Shown here: positions 12,946 to 27,011 of the stretch, in pieces | Layout: every line of letters begins with the position of its first letter | How positions within the stretch are numbered: position 1 is the first letter of the stretch | From: Chrysomallon squamiferum | Taxonomy: Eukaryota > Animalia > Mollusca | Assembly (NCBI GenBank): GCA_012295275.1 | Contig: CM022670.1 | Location: 35,092,001 to 35,156,000, forward strand | Length of the DNA: 64,000 nt | Reading direction: 5' to 3' | The notes under the pieces: model-generated | What the model was told of the DNA's origin: nothing | What the model saw: the letters and a program-made list of their open reading frames with translations, nothing else | Database searches by the model: none | Program-made: the position numbers and the translations under genes

Positions 12946-13945
12946 ATACATCCACACCCACATCCACAAACGTACGTTATTAAGTAAACATAAGAATGCA
13001 TATTCGTCTACAGACCAAAGAGACACACACACTCACTCACACACACACACTACAAACAATATAAACTGATAGGAACAGAGAACACTTTATCTACCTACCT
13101 ACACTCAGACACATACATTCAAACACATATGCACACATATACACACGTACACATACTTTTGTATATACATTCTTATATAGGCTGTACAATTATTTTAATG
13201 AATTTATATATATATAATCAAATTATGTGTTTCAGTACAAAAACTAGAAGAAAAAAAGAATGATAGAAAAAGAACGATTGGGAAAAAGAATGAAATAAAA
13301 AGAACAAACGAACGAAAGAAAGAAAGAAAGAAAGTATGAAAGACAGAAAATGAATGTTAAAACGCTTTTATTCATAAGTTATATTCAATGAATCTGCCAC
13401 TTTTACGTTACAGAAATCCACAAAAGATACTCTTTTAACAAATACATAGTAAGTAATGTTAGAATTAAGTACTATATGCATTTAGAAGTTAATTTGTTAT
13501 TTTTCTACGTAGTTCCATTATTTTATGACAACCTTTATTTTTACCAGTTGAGACTTTCTGTAATTATTCAAATATAGATTATATTTTACTAGCATGAATT
13601 GTTCTTCCATATTTAAAATATTTGCTTATTTTTTTCTTGCTTTTTTTTTCTGATTTTGTTCAATAAAGTTGTTGCTCATTGTTATATTCTTGCCTTTGTG
13701 TTTTTAACCAATGAATTTATACACTTTGTGCTGTATATAAAGGTTATATTAACTCTGTTTTTACAGATAATCGGGGGCTTTTAGAAAGAAAAAAATATAT
13801 ATATCTTTTTAATTTATATTTTACATGCATCCTGCTTTCAGAATTATCAGTAAATATAATGATAACTGATGAATTAAACAAAAACAAATTAAAGGATATA
13901 AATATTAACAACATCATCAACAACAACAATAACAATAGCAATAAT

Positions 13946-13983
<38 letters not shown>

Positions 13984-14956
13984 AAATCTTTAGAAGGCGA
14001 AGAAGAAAAAGAACAGCAAAGAAAAAATAAATTTGTCAAGAAGTATTTAAGTCTGATTTCGTCCATTTAAGAAAAACAAATTGAGATGCGTAGATAACAG
14101 AAATATTAAAAGAACAAAAAACGAGAGAACGAAAATGAGTGAAAGAGAGTGAATGTGTATGCATGTATGTGCGTCTATATATATATATATATATATGAGT
14201 GCACATATGTATGCATGCATGTGTTTATGTGTGCCTGTGTGTGTGTATGTGTGTACGCACACATATATTATTGTTATTATTTCTAATAACCACTTACCGT
14301 TTTCTCGAATCATTATAGAATATACAATAGAAATGCAGGATGCCAAATAATTATGTGCTAGTAGATAATTTCAACAGTTCAGTACGATCTATACAAACCG
14401 TTATTACATACAAATAATAACTGTAGAAACACATCATTATCATGTACAGGTTACATGGTACATGTTAACAAAGCTTGTGCAATCTTCGTAATTATATGTT
14501 AGTAAGTTCAGAGAATAATTGTAAACCAATTACGTTATGTAAACATTCAACATTTTAAAATGTTGATGAGAATGTTGTGACTTATCTTAAACGTGTTGTT
14601 ACCAGAAAGATAAAAAAGTAACTGGTAGAATATAAATTATTCTGTAACTGCATAATACAGTAATTTGTGTTTTTACTTTGTTTGCAGTTTATATTTTAGT
14701 CTTACTACCCCTTAACAAATGAGCAATTTTTAACTCCTTTAGGAAAAACAAAACAACAAACCAACATAATAATAATAAAAAATGAATGAATTAATGAATG
14801 AATGAATAAATAAAATAATAAAAACAACTGTTTTTGCTATTACTGAGTGAAAATCTTTTAATCAGTATAGCAGTGGCCTTTAAATAGTGACTTTGTAAAA
14901 AATAAAATTATTATTATTAGTATTAGTATTATTAAGTTTCTTTTATTTCTTCTTCT

Positions 14957-14989
<33 letters not shown>

Positions 14990-16327
14990 TTATTTAAATC
15001 AATTTTGATGTCTCGCCTGTACACTTTTCTCGAAAATCCCCGTTGAAATGATAAATGACCTACTTATCTTTACAACCACGAACACCATTAATTCAGCGTC
15101 CATTAACTAACGTCACGTTTCAAAATAACCTACAATTTATTGTCATTTTAATGTGCTATTTTATCACACACATAACTTAACGACATTAATGGACAGTGAA
15201 ACACGGATGCTTCACAAATGATACTGAAAGCTTCTTAAATTCTAATAAGACAGGTATGGATCAAAGAATTAAAAATGAAGACGCCATCTTTTTGGTGTAT
15301 ATAATGGAAGGCAAGAATAAGTGGATGGGTCTAAATGCATTCTAGATCAGTACTAAAATTATCATCATCATCATCATAATGATGATCATCATCATCCTTC
15401 TTCTTATTATTATTATCATTGTCATCATCATCATCATCATTATTGTTATTATTATGATCGTCATCATCATCAATATCATCATCATCATTATTATCATCAT
15501 CATCATTATAACTTGAAGATATTTCTGCAGAAGCCATAACTTGTGGAAATACATGGATATCTAGTTTTCAATACGTTCTGAAGGGAAAAAGAAAGAAAAA
15601 GCGTGTTAAGAATGACAGTAGCAAATTTTAATATGATTTGCTTGTTTTCTTTGCTTCACCTCACTCAGTTTTATATTGTTTTGTTATTATATGTGTTGTT
15701 TTGTTAATTTTTTGCTTTGTTGTGGAACTCAAAATTCTCAAACAGCTTTTCCCTTCAGTTTCCTTGATAGTTTTTGAATGGTGTATTTCTCATAGAACTG
15801 TGTTCATCTGTATTTGTCAGATTTTTCTTTTATTGATCTTATTTTTAAAATGTAGTCCTCAAAGATTTTCAAGATGCCGCATAACACTACATTTTTTGCT
15901 CTTTGTTTTGTTTTAAATAGGATCGAAATCTCCATATGCTTATATGATATAAAAAATAAAGAAAGTAAGACAAGAGGGGATATTAATCATGCATGCATGC
16001 ATGCATACATACATACATACATATACATACGTACGTAGATACATACATATATACGTCTATACACACACACATACAAAGATACATACATACATATCTATAT
16101 ACACCCACACACAGACACACATAATATACATACATATATTCTTACATACATACATACATCCATATAATTGTAGACAACTACATATATACAACATATATAT
16201 AAATTTCACAAGCACACAGATATATACACAACGAGAGACATAATTCATTACATAAATTTAATAAAAAGCTAACACTACTACATTAACGACTCATTTTCAA
16301 AGTGTTGTCGTCTTGTTGTTGTTTTAG

Positions 16328-17443
16328 GTTTATGGCATCACCTCGTTCCTCTTTGTGATATCCTCAATCGCCGGCTTCTGCCTGGAGACGATTCCTTCAC
16401 TCAGACCAAAAGTCATTCGAAACGTCACGTCCAGCTGTGATGGAGAGACGACCAACAACATCGCCGTTGTCATGGCATCGCACGAAGCCCTCAGCATCTT
16501 GGACATCATTTGCACAGTATTCTTCACCCTGGAGCTCATAGTCAGGTTCATATTTGCTCCGAACAGGCTGAGGTTCGTACGTTCTCTAATGAACATCATA
16601 GATCTCCTCGCTCTCGTTCCGATGTACGTTCAGGTCATATTCGAACAGTCATCTCTCCAAGCTTGTTACCTCAATGAACGTCTCGTTATCGAAATTCTGT
16701 TCATTTTAAGGATAATTCGCATGTTCCGTGTCTTCCATCTCGTCAAGCATTACCAGGCTCTCAAGGTTCTGGTCTACTCGTTAAAAGCCAGTCTGCACGA
16801 GCTGCTCATGTTGTTGATATTCCTGATGATCGGGATGCTGGTTTTCGCCACCATGATCTACTACACAGAACGAAAAGACGCTGTCAACCCCAGCGATACG
16901 TTCAACACTATCCCCGTCGGCTTCTGGTGGGCCATCATAACCATGACAACGGTCGGGTACGGAGATAAATATCCCTCCACTCCGGTTGGCTACGTCGTCG
17001 GGACCGCATGCGCAGTGTGCGGGGTGCTGCTTCTGGCGCTCACGTTTCCGGTCATCTCGAACAATTTCACTCTGTTTTATCATCACGTGCGATCTAGGTC
17101 AGCGTTGCTTCGGAATCGTAACACTATTATAACTCCAGAGTTAGCCTCCAACGAGAAAGACGAGTCCGAAGACTTACCTCAGGATATTTCCGACAGCGAC
17201 TCGGACAGAGAAAACGGCAGAAATTGTTCTTACGTTGTAAGGAACGCGAAAGACGACGTTTTTCACAAATCGCTGAAAAAGCGGAGTAAAGAATTCGAAA
17301 CTGTGGTTAAGTATTCCGAAACGACTTCGCTAACCGACGTCATACTCGGAAAAGACGAATCAGAGTACAGCTTGTGTCGAAATGGCTCTATCAGAGCGAG
17401 GTCCTTAGATGACCAAATGTATAACCTGGAAGCCAGTTTGTGA
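16328..17443 (+). CDS. Shaw/Kv3-like voltage-gated K+ channel, terminal coding exon (S1-S6 plus C-tail), copy B; 5' exon(s) not seen
   Basis: Acceptor ttgttgttgttttag|GTT TAT GGC at the position homologous to copy A. Intact TMTTVGYGD filter; S6 TFPVISNNF. About 44 differences in ~257 aligned residues versus copy A by manual count. Confidence 0.94.
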   Translation, partial: VYGITSFLFVISSIAGFCLETIPSLRPKVIRNVTSSCDGETTNNIAVVMASHEALSILDIICTVFFTLELIVRFIFAPNRLRFVRSLMNIIDLLALVPMYVQVIFEQSSLQACYLNERLVIEILFILRIIRMFRVFHLVKHYQALKVLVYSLKASLHELLMLLIFLMIGMLVFATMIYYTERKDAVNPSDTFNTIPVGFWWAIITMTTVGYGDKYPSTPVGYVVGTACAVCGVLLLALTFPVISNNFTLFYHHVRSRSALLRNRNTIITPELASNEKDESEDLPQDISDSDSDRENGRNCSYVVRNAKDDVFHKSLKKRSKEFETVVKYSETTSLTDVILGKDESEYSLCRNGSIRARSLDDQMYNLEASL

Positions 17444-17742
17444 CCTTTTTGTACATACATATCAGATTTACGTGTATATATATTATTATAATATTTTTGT
17501 CTTGAAGTATTTCTTTCTTCTGTGATTAATACAAAACAGAGAGAGAGAGTTTTGTAAGTTAAAAATAAAATGAAAAAAAAAAAAAAAAGGTTGTTAATTA
17601 TGCATTCACAGAAAGACGTGGCCTCATGTGATTCCATGCGTGAAGATTTTTGTTGTCATTTTCAACTGTTTAAAACAGTTTTTAAAAGTGCTTTTGGAAA
17701 CTTACGAGTTTTCTTTTAACAATAGAATAGTGTTTCCTATTA

Positions 17743-17795
<53 letters not shown>

Positions 17796-18660
17796 GCACT
17801 AGCACAAATATGAACACTAAAGACTTGAGACTGTAAATAACGACTGATAACTGTGTCTAAGCAGTTAATCAGAGAAAAGCTCGTGGGAAATAAGGATACA
17901 AATTCGTATCTGCAGATTTTCTTTTTACAAATTATTGAAGTTGTATTATCGTTTTGTAGAATTCCTATTATCATATGATCATAAAGACAAAAAGGCCATT
18001 ACAGAATTCGAAAAAAAAAAAAAAAAAATAAAATAAAATAAAATAAATAATAAAATAAAATGAAATACATAAATGAAAAAGAAAATGGCTGCCAGTAAAA
18101 TGCTTCGGATATAATTTTTAAAGAGCTACATTGTAAGAAAAAAAAAAAAAAAAAAAAAAAAAATCATCATCACTCAGCAAACGATTAGAACAGGAGAAGG
18201 GTTGCACAATGTTTTTATTCTCTTTGAAGTGGCCCTGTCTTCCACTAAAATATAAACAATGATTATAGAGAATAAACAAATATTTCATTGTTTCGTTTAC
18301 TCAGACTATAAAACTGAACGCACTGCGATACAAAACAGTTAAAAACCTAACTATGCAAACACAATATAACACTTTTATTACTGTTTTTCAAGATTTTGTT
18401 TAGCATTTACAAATAGCCTAATAACTCATTCATATTTCTTTTTAAAAATTCACTAATATAATGTTAATGAGCACAATCCTATTTCTGAAATTACTTAAAG
18501 ATGAGCTAAAGAGGTATGATTATTATTATTATTATTATCATTATTATTATTATTTACTTTTATTATTTCATTATTATTATTATTATTTTTATTGTTGTTA
18601 TTATTATTATTATTATTATTATTTACTTTTATTATTATTATTATTATTTATTATTTATTG

Positions 18661-18696
<36 letters not shown>

Positions 18697-19712
18697 GTTA
18701 TTGTTATTATTATAGCTTGCCTCCTTCTTCTCAGGTCAAAACTTTTGTGAATTTTCAAGAAATGGTGGCTGGTATTTAGTACATTGCTCATTGTCATAGA
18801 ATAAGCTTTTCAGGCAACATTTTGTTACTGGTGCTAAAATAGCGGAGAATACGTAGATACAGTTAGATGTTTTGCGAAACCACATCTTCAAAAAATAAAA
18901 AAAAAACAGTAAATCTAGTCAATATAATATTTTCTCTTTTTTTGCTTTTTCTTCTTCTTCTTCGTCGTCTTCTTCTTCATTATTATTATTATTATTATTA
19001 TTTGGTTTTTGAACATTATCACTCTTGACATTTAATCTTTTTCTTTAAATAATATAAATTTTAAAATATTGTAAATTAAATTACTGAAATCAAACATTTT
19101 TTTTTTCTTTCTTTTTTACAGCATTTTCCTTATTCATAAATATAATGCCAATAATGCATTTCTCGATAACATAGTTATTATATCACATTCCCCCCCCACC
19201 CTTTTCCTTTTTTTTTTTATTCAATTTAATATTCTTATTACGGCAAGAGTTTTATCAAACATGCTCAAGCAACAATCGGATTAAATCAGCTATTTGTCTT
19301 CTTAGCACATCTAATATTTCATGTTTTTATCCCATTTCTAAAACTGTTTTTCTTAAATAAAAATAAAAATTGATTCAGCGTCTTAAGAAAAGAAAAGAAA
19401 AGAAAAAAAAAAAAAAAGTAAAGAAAAGAAATAAGAAACCACAACAAATTTGTGATCGATCAACGGTTGTCTGATACCAGTAATCCTTCAACTGAAAATT
19501 TCTTTTCGACAAACAGAAACATAAACGCAGACGACAGATCACGTGACGGCTTTTTCGGAAAAGTTACACGAATAAGGATTACTTTATTTTCAGTTTTGCA
19601 TGAACACAACAATACTAATCAGTGTTAATAGAGATTTAGTTGCTGATGATAATGCTAATACTTCAAATGATTAAATTATATAAGTAAGCTAACAGCGATG
19701 TGAATTTTCGTA

Positions 19713-20053
19713 CAGGTTGAGCGTCCTTAATCCGGAATGCTTGGAACCGAAAGTGTTTCGGAATATTTCGGAATATTTCGGATTTTGGAATATGAGGAGA
19801 GAGCATGAGAATAGAATCGACGTCTAAATATGAATTCCATTTATTTTTCATATACAGCTTACACAGATCGGCTGCAGGATTTTTAAAATAATATTTTTAA
19901 TAATTTTGTGCGTGAAATATTATATATTATATATGCAAAAAAGTCCGAAAACTGTAAGATATTATTTCTACTGCTCGGATTTCGGAACTTTTCGGGTTTC
20001 GGATTTCGGAGCTTTTCGGGTTTCGGAATTTCGTATAAGGGATCCTCAACCTG
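19713..20053. mobile_element. Non-autonomous pogo/Tigger-type (Tc1/mariner) MITE, Tigger4/Zombi-like, 341 bp
   Basis: TA|CAGGTTGAG...CTCAACCTG|TA, with imperfect ~24-bp TIRs, a TA target duplication and repeated subterminal TTTCGGA motifs at both ends. Confidence 0.85.
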
Positions 20054-20316
20054 TATAGACTTATTTTATTAGTGATCTCGACCAATAAGTTACGGGATTA
20101 TTTCGTTTTTATCTGTATTCATCTTCATGTATATAGCCTATCATAAACTGTACAAAGCAACATTTGACAAAGATACTTTTTGTTCTTCTTTATTGTATTC
20201 TTGGACATTGCCTGTGATCATGAAATTATAAACAATTTTCATTAAATACGTATTGTTTTCTATGCTGTAAAACGTTGACATATTTAAATTTTTACTTCGT
20301 CTTTTTTTTTTTTTTT

Positions 20317-20348
<32 letters not shown>

Positions 20349-20990
20349 CTGGAAAACATTGCTTTTTGATTTGTACATAATTTTAGGTGTAGTGTAAGTA
20401 CTATTTTTGCAGTGCCTAAAAAACAGTTTGTTACAGTTTAACTTTTACTTTTACAACCATCTATGTTATGGTGTCATGCGAAACCGCTATGCATTAACTT
20501 GACATTTTACTCGTATTTTCTTATCGTTTTGAAACGCGTGAGTTACGTAAGGGAGGTAACTGCATGACATCACGATTTATTACAATTGTACATGTTTCAT
20601 CATGTTTTCAGATTAGAACATTAATTACTGTTTTTCATTGGGTCCGAGAAGAGAGTTTTGAGAACTGAAGCATAACTGGGTATCGAAAATCATGAATTTA
20701 AATTTGCTTGAATTTCTGATTACAGATGGTTGGAAACTCTTTCGCCATGTTTAACATTAATATCTATATCTATATGTATATATTTCATTTTGTGACGGAA
20801 TGTCACAAACCAATGGTCTAAGGTATGAATTAAATTTTAAAATTTCACTTTTACAGTTTATCAATTTTATTTCTTTAATAAATTTTAGAATAATAAAATT
20901 TTATTCATCACAAATTAAATACACAGAGAGTATATTTCTGATTAAATATTTCCGATTTAAATATGCCTGGCAGATATTTATTTATTTATT

Positions 20991-21044
<54 letters not shown>

Positions 21045-21763
21045 TACTTATCAGTTGATAATATTGGTTTATGTCTTTGTTGAGCACCTATCTATTTATT
21101 TATTTTTTTTATTATTATTAGTAGGACTAGTAGTAGTAGTAGTAGTATTTATTATTTATTTCATTATTATTATTATTACTATTATTATTATACTACTGCT
21201 ACTACTACTACTACTACTACAACTACTACTACTACTGCTACTACTACTACTATTTGTAGTTGTTATTATTATTTTTTTTCTGAAAGGACAATACAAAATT
21301 CTTAAACTGTAAAGCAGGAATTGGTTACGTATGTTATGAAACCGGTTGTGACGGAATCTATTTTATGGCGTCTTTACGTGAACGTAACCAGTTATTTACG
21401 TGTTGGTATGTAACTGGCTGTTATTACATGTGATATTACATAACCGACAGTAGGTTATGGAATGCAGTCGTTTATTAAAGCTGGACTGATAAATTCGTTT
21501 TGATTGTTTTGACAATTCTTTAATAGAAATTAAAAAATTGAAAAGAAAAGACAAAAAAAAAGGAAACAATGAATTAAAAAGAATTAATCACTGCATTATG
21601 TCATCAGTTTTTAAGGATAGTTATTTGTTTTGCCAATTATGATTCGTAATAACTATTACTAGTACTGCGACTTATACTACTTCTTTATCTTTTATAATAC
21701 TACAATTACTACTACTACAACTACCACTAATACTGTTATTGTTATTATTGTTGTTATTTATTA

Positions 21764-21799
<36 letters not shown>

Positions 21800-22129
21800 A
21801 ATTCTCTTTTATATTTTATCTTCAGTGTTTGAAAATACACTTCACCATTCCAGGTTCTGGAAGTATGTAAGGCAGAGTTGTGTAAAACTTGGGTGAAATA
21901 CATTAAATAAAAATGCACTACGATTTATGTGTTGTTGTTTTCACTCAAACTTTGCCATGACAGTTTATTTCTAGATGTGAAGTTGTTTGAAAAAATTGGT
22001 TCACCTTTTACTACTTAAAAAAAGACACAAATGAATTCTGTGAATAGATTTTGTTATATTTCTTCTGAGCAATGTCATAATAAAGTAAAAGAAACGTACA
22101 TGGACAGTTTAGAATTTTATAAATAATCG

Positions 22130-22316
<187 letters not shown>

Positions 22317-24213
22317 CCAACAAACAAACATACATACACAGAAATACGCACGCACACGCACACAAATAAAAAACGAACATAACCACGCCGTTCCCAAAAG
22401 AAGAAAATACAACCAATACATAATATAAATAATAAAAAATAAAATATTTTATTCATCTGAAAAAAGATAAAGCATGAGATGCACATATGAATGAAATGTG
22501 GGAAATTAATAAGAAATAATTGGAATGAAATTAACTATGCACATTTGATGTCATTTGTACAAAGAATAGTTTTATTTTTTTATTTTTTATTTTACAGAAT
22601 TATTTATTTGCAATTAACTACAACTAAATAAACAGCGAGTGAAGAAAATATTTACAGCAAACTATATTAAATAACTACTAGCACCGATCATGTTTTATCT
22701 CATTTCATTGCTGGTCGAACAAGAATAACACAATAATGTTACATATTCAAATTTAAACATTTCATTTCAAACAGGAGAATACAGAACTAAGTCTAGTTCT
22801 TAGCAAATGTCATCGACTTTAGTACAGAAATGTCAAATTCGTCTTCAGTTCTTTTTATTTCATTCCCCGTATACTTGTCAAATACAGATACAATATATTA
22901 CAAGGTTAAATTTGATGCCAATTTGATCTCGTCAAAACACAGATAATATTGCATGACAACACATTCATATAATCGATATAATACTTCAGTGACGTAATAT
23001 CATATACGTCGATATAAACGTTAATGTAAACGTTAAAATATTACTCTAATATAACACGTGCCAGTTTTAAAAGACATAAATTAATTCTAAACTGTTAATG
23101 ACAATCATATAACAACTTATTTCATTATTATTAGAAAACAGAAGAGCCCGTTGACGACACCAGGCTACAAGAATATACTGTTTTGCTTCTGTCGGTCACA
23201 GAATAATGGAAAATCTTGTTAAATTCGTTCTGGATGCATCATCAATGTTTCAGTGAAGAAAGCGAGATGATGAAAATATTTTAAATTTACGTGCAAAAAT
23301 AAGCGTAAACCTTTGCTAAATTTTAAATTTGCAATCGTCTAATTGAAAGATTTTTTAACAAATTGAATTAATCAGTCACAAATACCCCCAAAAAACAAAT
23401 TAAAATAAACATTAATTATAGACCTAAGCTTTTTTTTGATTGTACAAGAATATTTGTGTTTAAAATACAAATAAATCGCATCCGGTATGTTTTACATACC
23501 ATCACAATAAAAACATATGCAAAAAAAAATAAAATAAGCGGTGCTATTAAAGTGTACCTGTAGCAATATGAACAAACAGTCTAATGCAGTTCTTTACAAG
23601 TTATTATTTTATTGTTTTGAGTCGACATATATCGTTCATAACGAGTATGACTCTAAAATAATACTATTACCGAAGATTAGACCGACGCCATTTTACTTCA
23701 ATGACGTCATCGGACTAATAGCTATTATTATGCTTTTTTTAAAACCGAAAAAAGTCTTTAGATCAAACAGGTTTGTCATGTACACCATTATGCTAAGACT
23801 ACAAAGAAATAGAAGCGCTAAATTATTTTATAATAATATTTATTAATTAAGACTGGACAACAAGAAACAAGCAGAACGTAAGTTTGAATATCTATCTATT
23901 TGTATATCTATCTATCTATCTATCTACCTTTCTTTTTCTCTCTATATATATATGTATATACAATTACTATTTTTTCGCATCACCAAAGATACACTTTAAC
24001 AGCTTTACAAGCATGCACGCACACACATTCGCACACTTCCTACACGCATTTCAAAAAAAAAAATTACGCTTGGAAAAAAAAAAACTTTTTAAAAAGAGAA
24101 AAAAAGGATGAGAACGAAAGAAAAAGAAACATTTTTAAAAAGTACATTACCCGTTTAATTTGTACAAGATTAAGGAAAAAACGAAATAAGATAAAATCAC
24201 TGCGGTTGTGTAT

Positions 24214-24260
<47 letters not shown>

Positions 24261-24569
24261 TTATTTCTGGCTTTATCTCTCAGGTTTTCAAAGTAACATA
24301 TCTGGTGGATGTATACATAACGAACGCTTAACAAATAAACTAATAAAAATCGAAAAAAAAAAAAAAAAAAAAAAAAAAGGATTTAAAAAAAAGGAAAAAA
24401 AAGAAAAAAAAAAGAAGAACAAAAAAAAGAATAATATATTATTAATGAACGGATTTTTTTCTTTCCGTTTTCCTTTTTCTAATTTTGTATCCGTTAAAAG
24501 CCTAAGTGCTATGGCATAACAACCGGAATGCAATTTTCACACAACACTACCACTACTAATTATAATAAA

Positions 24570-24570
<1 letters not shown>

Positions 24571-24649
<79 letters not shown>

Positions 24650-24665
24650 GAACAACAACAACAAT
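24571..24665. repeat. (AAT)n/(AAC)n microsatellite
   Basis: Directly visible; representative of many AAT/ATT runs in the window. Confidence 0.9.
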
Positions 24666-25270
24666 ATTAAAATAATAAATTGTTGTATTGTTGTTTTTAA
24701 ATTAAACAGAACAATGAATTCCAAATCGATCATCAAAATTATATCGACACGACTATCAAATAAAGAATAAATACATTTGTGAAATACATTTATTAAGACT
24801 TATAGATAAATTCAGCAGTAAATAACGACTAAGCATTCCGGCTGTGACGTTTTCGTACCACGTGACTGCAGCTAATTAGCTTCTTAATGGCTGCAAACTT
24901 GATTTCTAAAGTTTTCGTATTTTTTACCACATTATTAAATCAAATATATCAATGAACTTGCTCGTATCAAATATTCATCTTAGTTTAATAAAGATAAGTA
25001 TTATTAATAAGCTCAAGATTTCTCGCGATTATAGGTTTAGGGATCAAAAAATATATATTCTGCAGGTGATTCAAGATTCTGGCATGTACGAATACTCAAA
25101 AGTTTTATATATATATATATAATTACATACATTTTCACAGAAAGGTTGTTTTATTTATTTATTTAAATAATAAAAAAAAATATAAAAAAATAAAAATTAA
25201 AAAAAATTAAAAATCCCCAAAGAACAAAATCAACGACAAGAAACCTCCGTCCTCAAAAAAAAAAAAAAAA

Positions 25271-25309
<39 letters not shown>

Positions 25310-25404
25310 TAAAAGAAACAAATCAAACTAATTACAGTGAACGTCTTTCCTTTCTATCTATCTATCTAAACGACAACTAAAACACAGCTAACCACATATA
25401 CGCA

Positions 25405-25656
25405 TTAATCCAGCTTTTCTCCCAGTGTCGGTTTTATGCCGTTCATGTAATGGTTGCCATTGGTTACAAAACCGTTTTTAACGTGCAGCTGTTGCTTGGC
25501 GGACTTCTTCTGGATGTAGGCTTTGTGGTAGAAGTTGATGAAGAGAAGCATGATGGAAGAGGCGTAGATGATGACGATTTTGCTGAAGATCTTGGGGAAG
25601 TTACAGTCTGATATGATATTGACGTAGGAATGGCTGACCATGATGACAAACTGAGT
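25405..25656 (-). CDS. ELOVL: ELOVL coding exon 7 (last), 252 nt
   Basis: atttttcag|ACT CAG TTT ... [10 protein letters not shown]...FINFYHKAY...GEKLD-stop. Confidence 0.92.
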   Translation of the reverse strand, partial: TQFVIMVSHSYVNIISDCNFPKIFSKIVIIYASSIMLLFINFYHKAYIQKKSAKQQLHVKNGFVTNGNHYMNGIKPTLGEKLD

Positions 25657-26787
25657 CTGAAAAATATGTCATACAAACTGAGATTCAATTCACACCGACT
25701 ACTGATACACAAACGTTTGCTGGATCGATTCCTCTTTAATACCACTCTAGCCATTGCTTAACAATTTATTTATAAATGGAGATTTGTTTTTGTGTCTATG
25801 GGAATGAGCGTATTAAAGATTTCTTACTGCTAACAAAAAAAATAGTTCGTCATGATTTTCTCATTGTTTATCTCTACTAACCAAACCTACACGTATGAAA
25901 CCCTATAAATATTCATTAAAAATGCGCGGATACGTCATTACGTAAGAAAATTCTAAGCTTTATTTATGAAGTCTGGCAATAAGTTCTCATTCACAGACCT
26001 TGTAAGTTATATATTTTATCACTTGTCAGGCTTAGAATGTCTCTAAATTAATACAAGTAGTATTTCTTTTATGTCATAAAGCATAGATGAATGGCTACTA
26101 TCCTGAATTAAATGATAATTGTAATATTACAAAATTATTTAACCATACACAAAGTCTGTATTAATTTTGTTACCCGTACATTTTCATTGCAGATAGAAAC
26201 AAATATAATGATGTCGGACATTTTGTAAAAAAAAAAAACCCAGAAGAAATTGTTTTTTCTCCGGCCATTCTTTAAAAAACCGATACTAACACAATGCTAA
26301 CAAATTATGAAGACTATTTCCAAAGAAAATTATATATAACGAGTGACGATCATGATAATAATTATCATCATATTATTATTTCTGTTTTTAATTTTTATAC
26401 ATAAGTACGCCTCACATTTTGATTATTATATTTAGTTTAATTTTATTTTATTTTGATCTGATTATTTTTTATTTTAAGCTTGCGGGTATTTTTCTGCCAA
26501 TTTTAATTATTCCTACTCACCAGTTGAAACATTGTTAGATATTTCTTCCACCATAAATATTTCTGCATGTGCGGTCCTATTGCTGTCATGCCGTAGTAGG
26601 TGTACATGATGACGTGAACGAGTGAGTTAATAAGAGGATGTAGACAACCTGAAAGTCGTTAAACGTTCTCATTATTAACACATATAAAAACACTGTGTTT
26701 TGTTTTGCTTAGTCCGCTGCGTTTATCTTAAAGGATAAATACATTCTATAAACAATAAATGTAGAAATTTTAGAATTTTTATTTAAA

Positions 26788-26830
<43 letters not shown>

Positions 26831-26969
26831 TTGTTATTTTTTTTTTATTTTATTTTATTTCTTTTTCTATTTTATTTTTAATTGTACATAATTTTAATCT
26901 TTTTTCTTAATACAATAAATAATGGTTTATGACCACCTATTATTATCATCATCATCATCCTCATCATTG

Positions 26970-27011
<42 letters not shown>

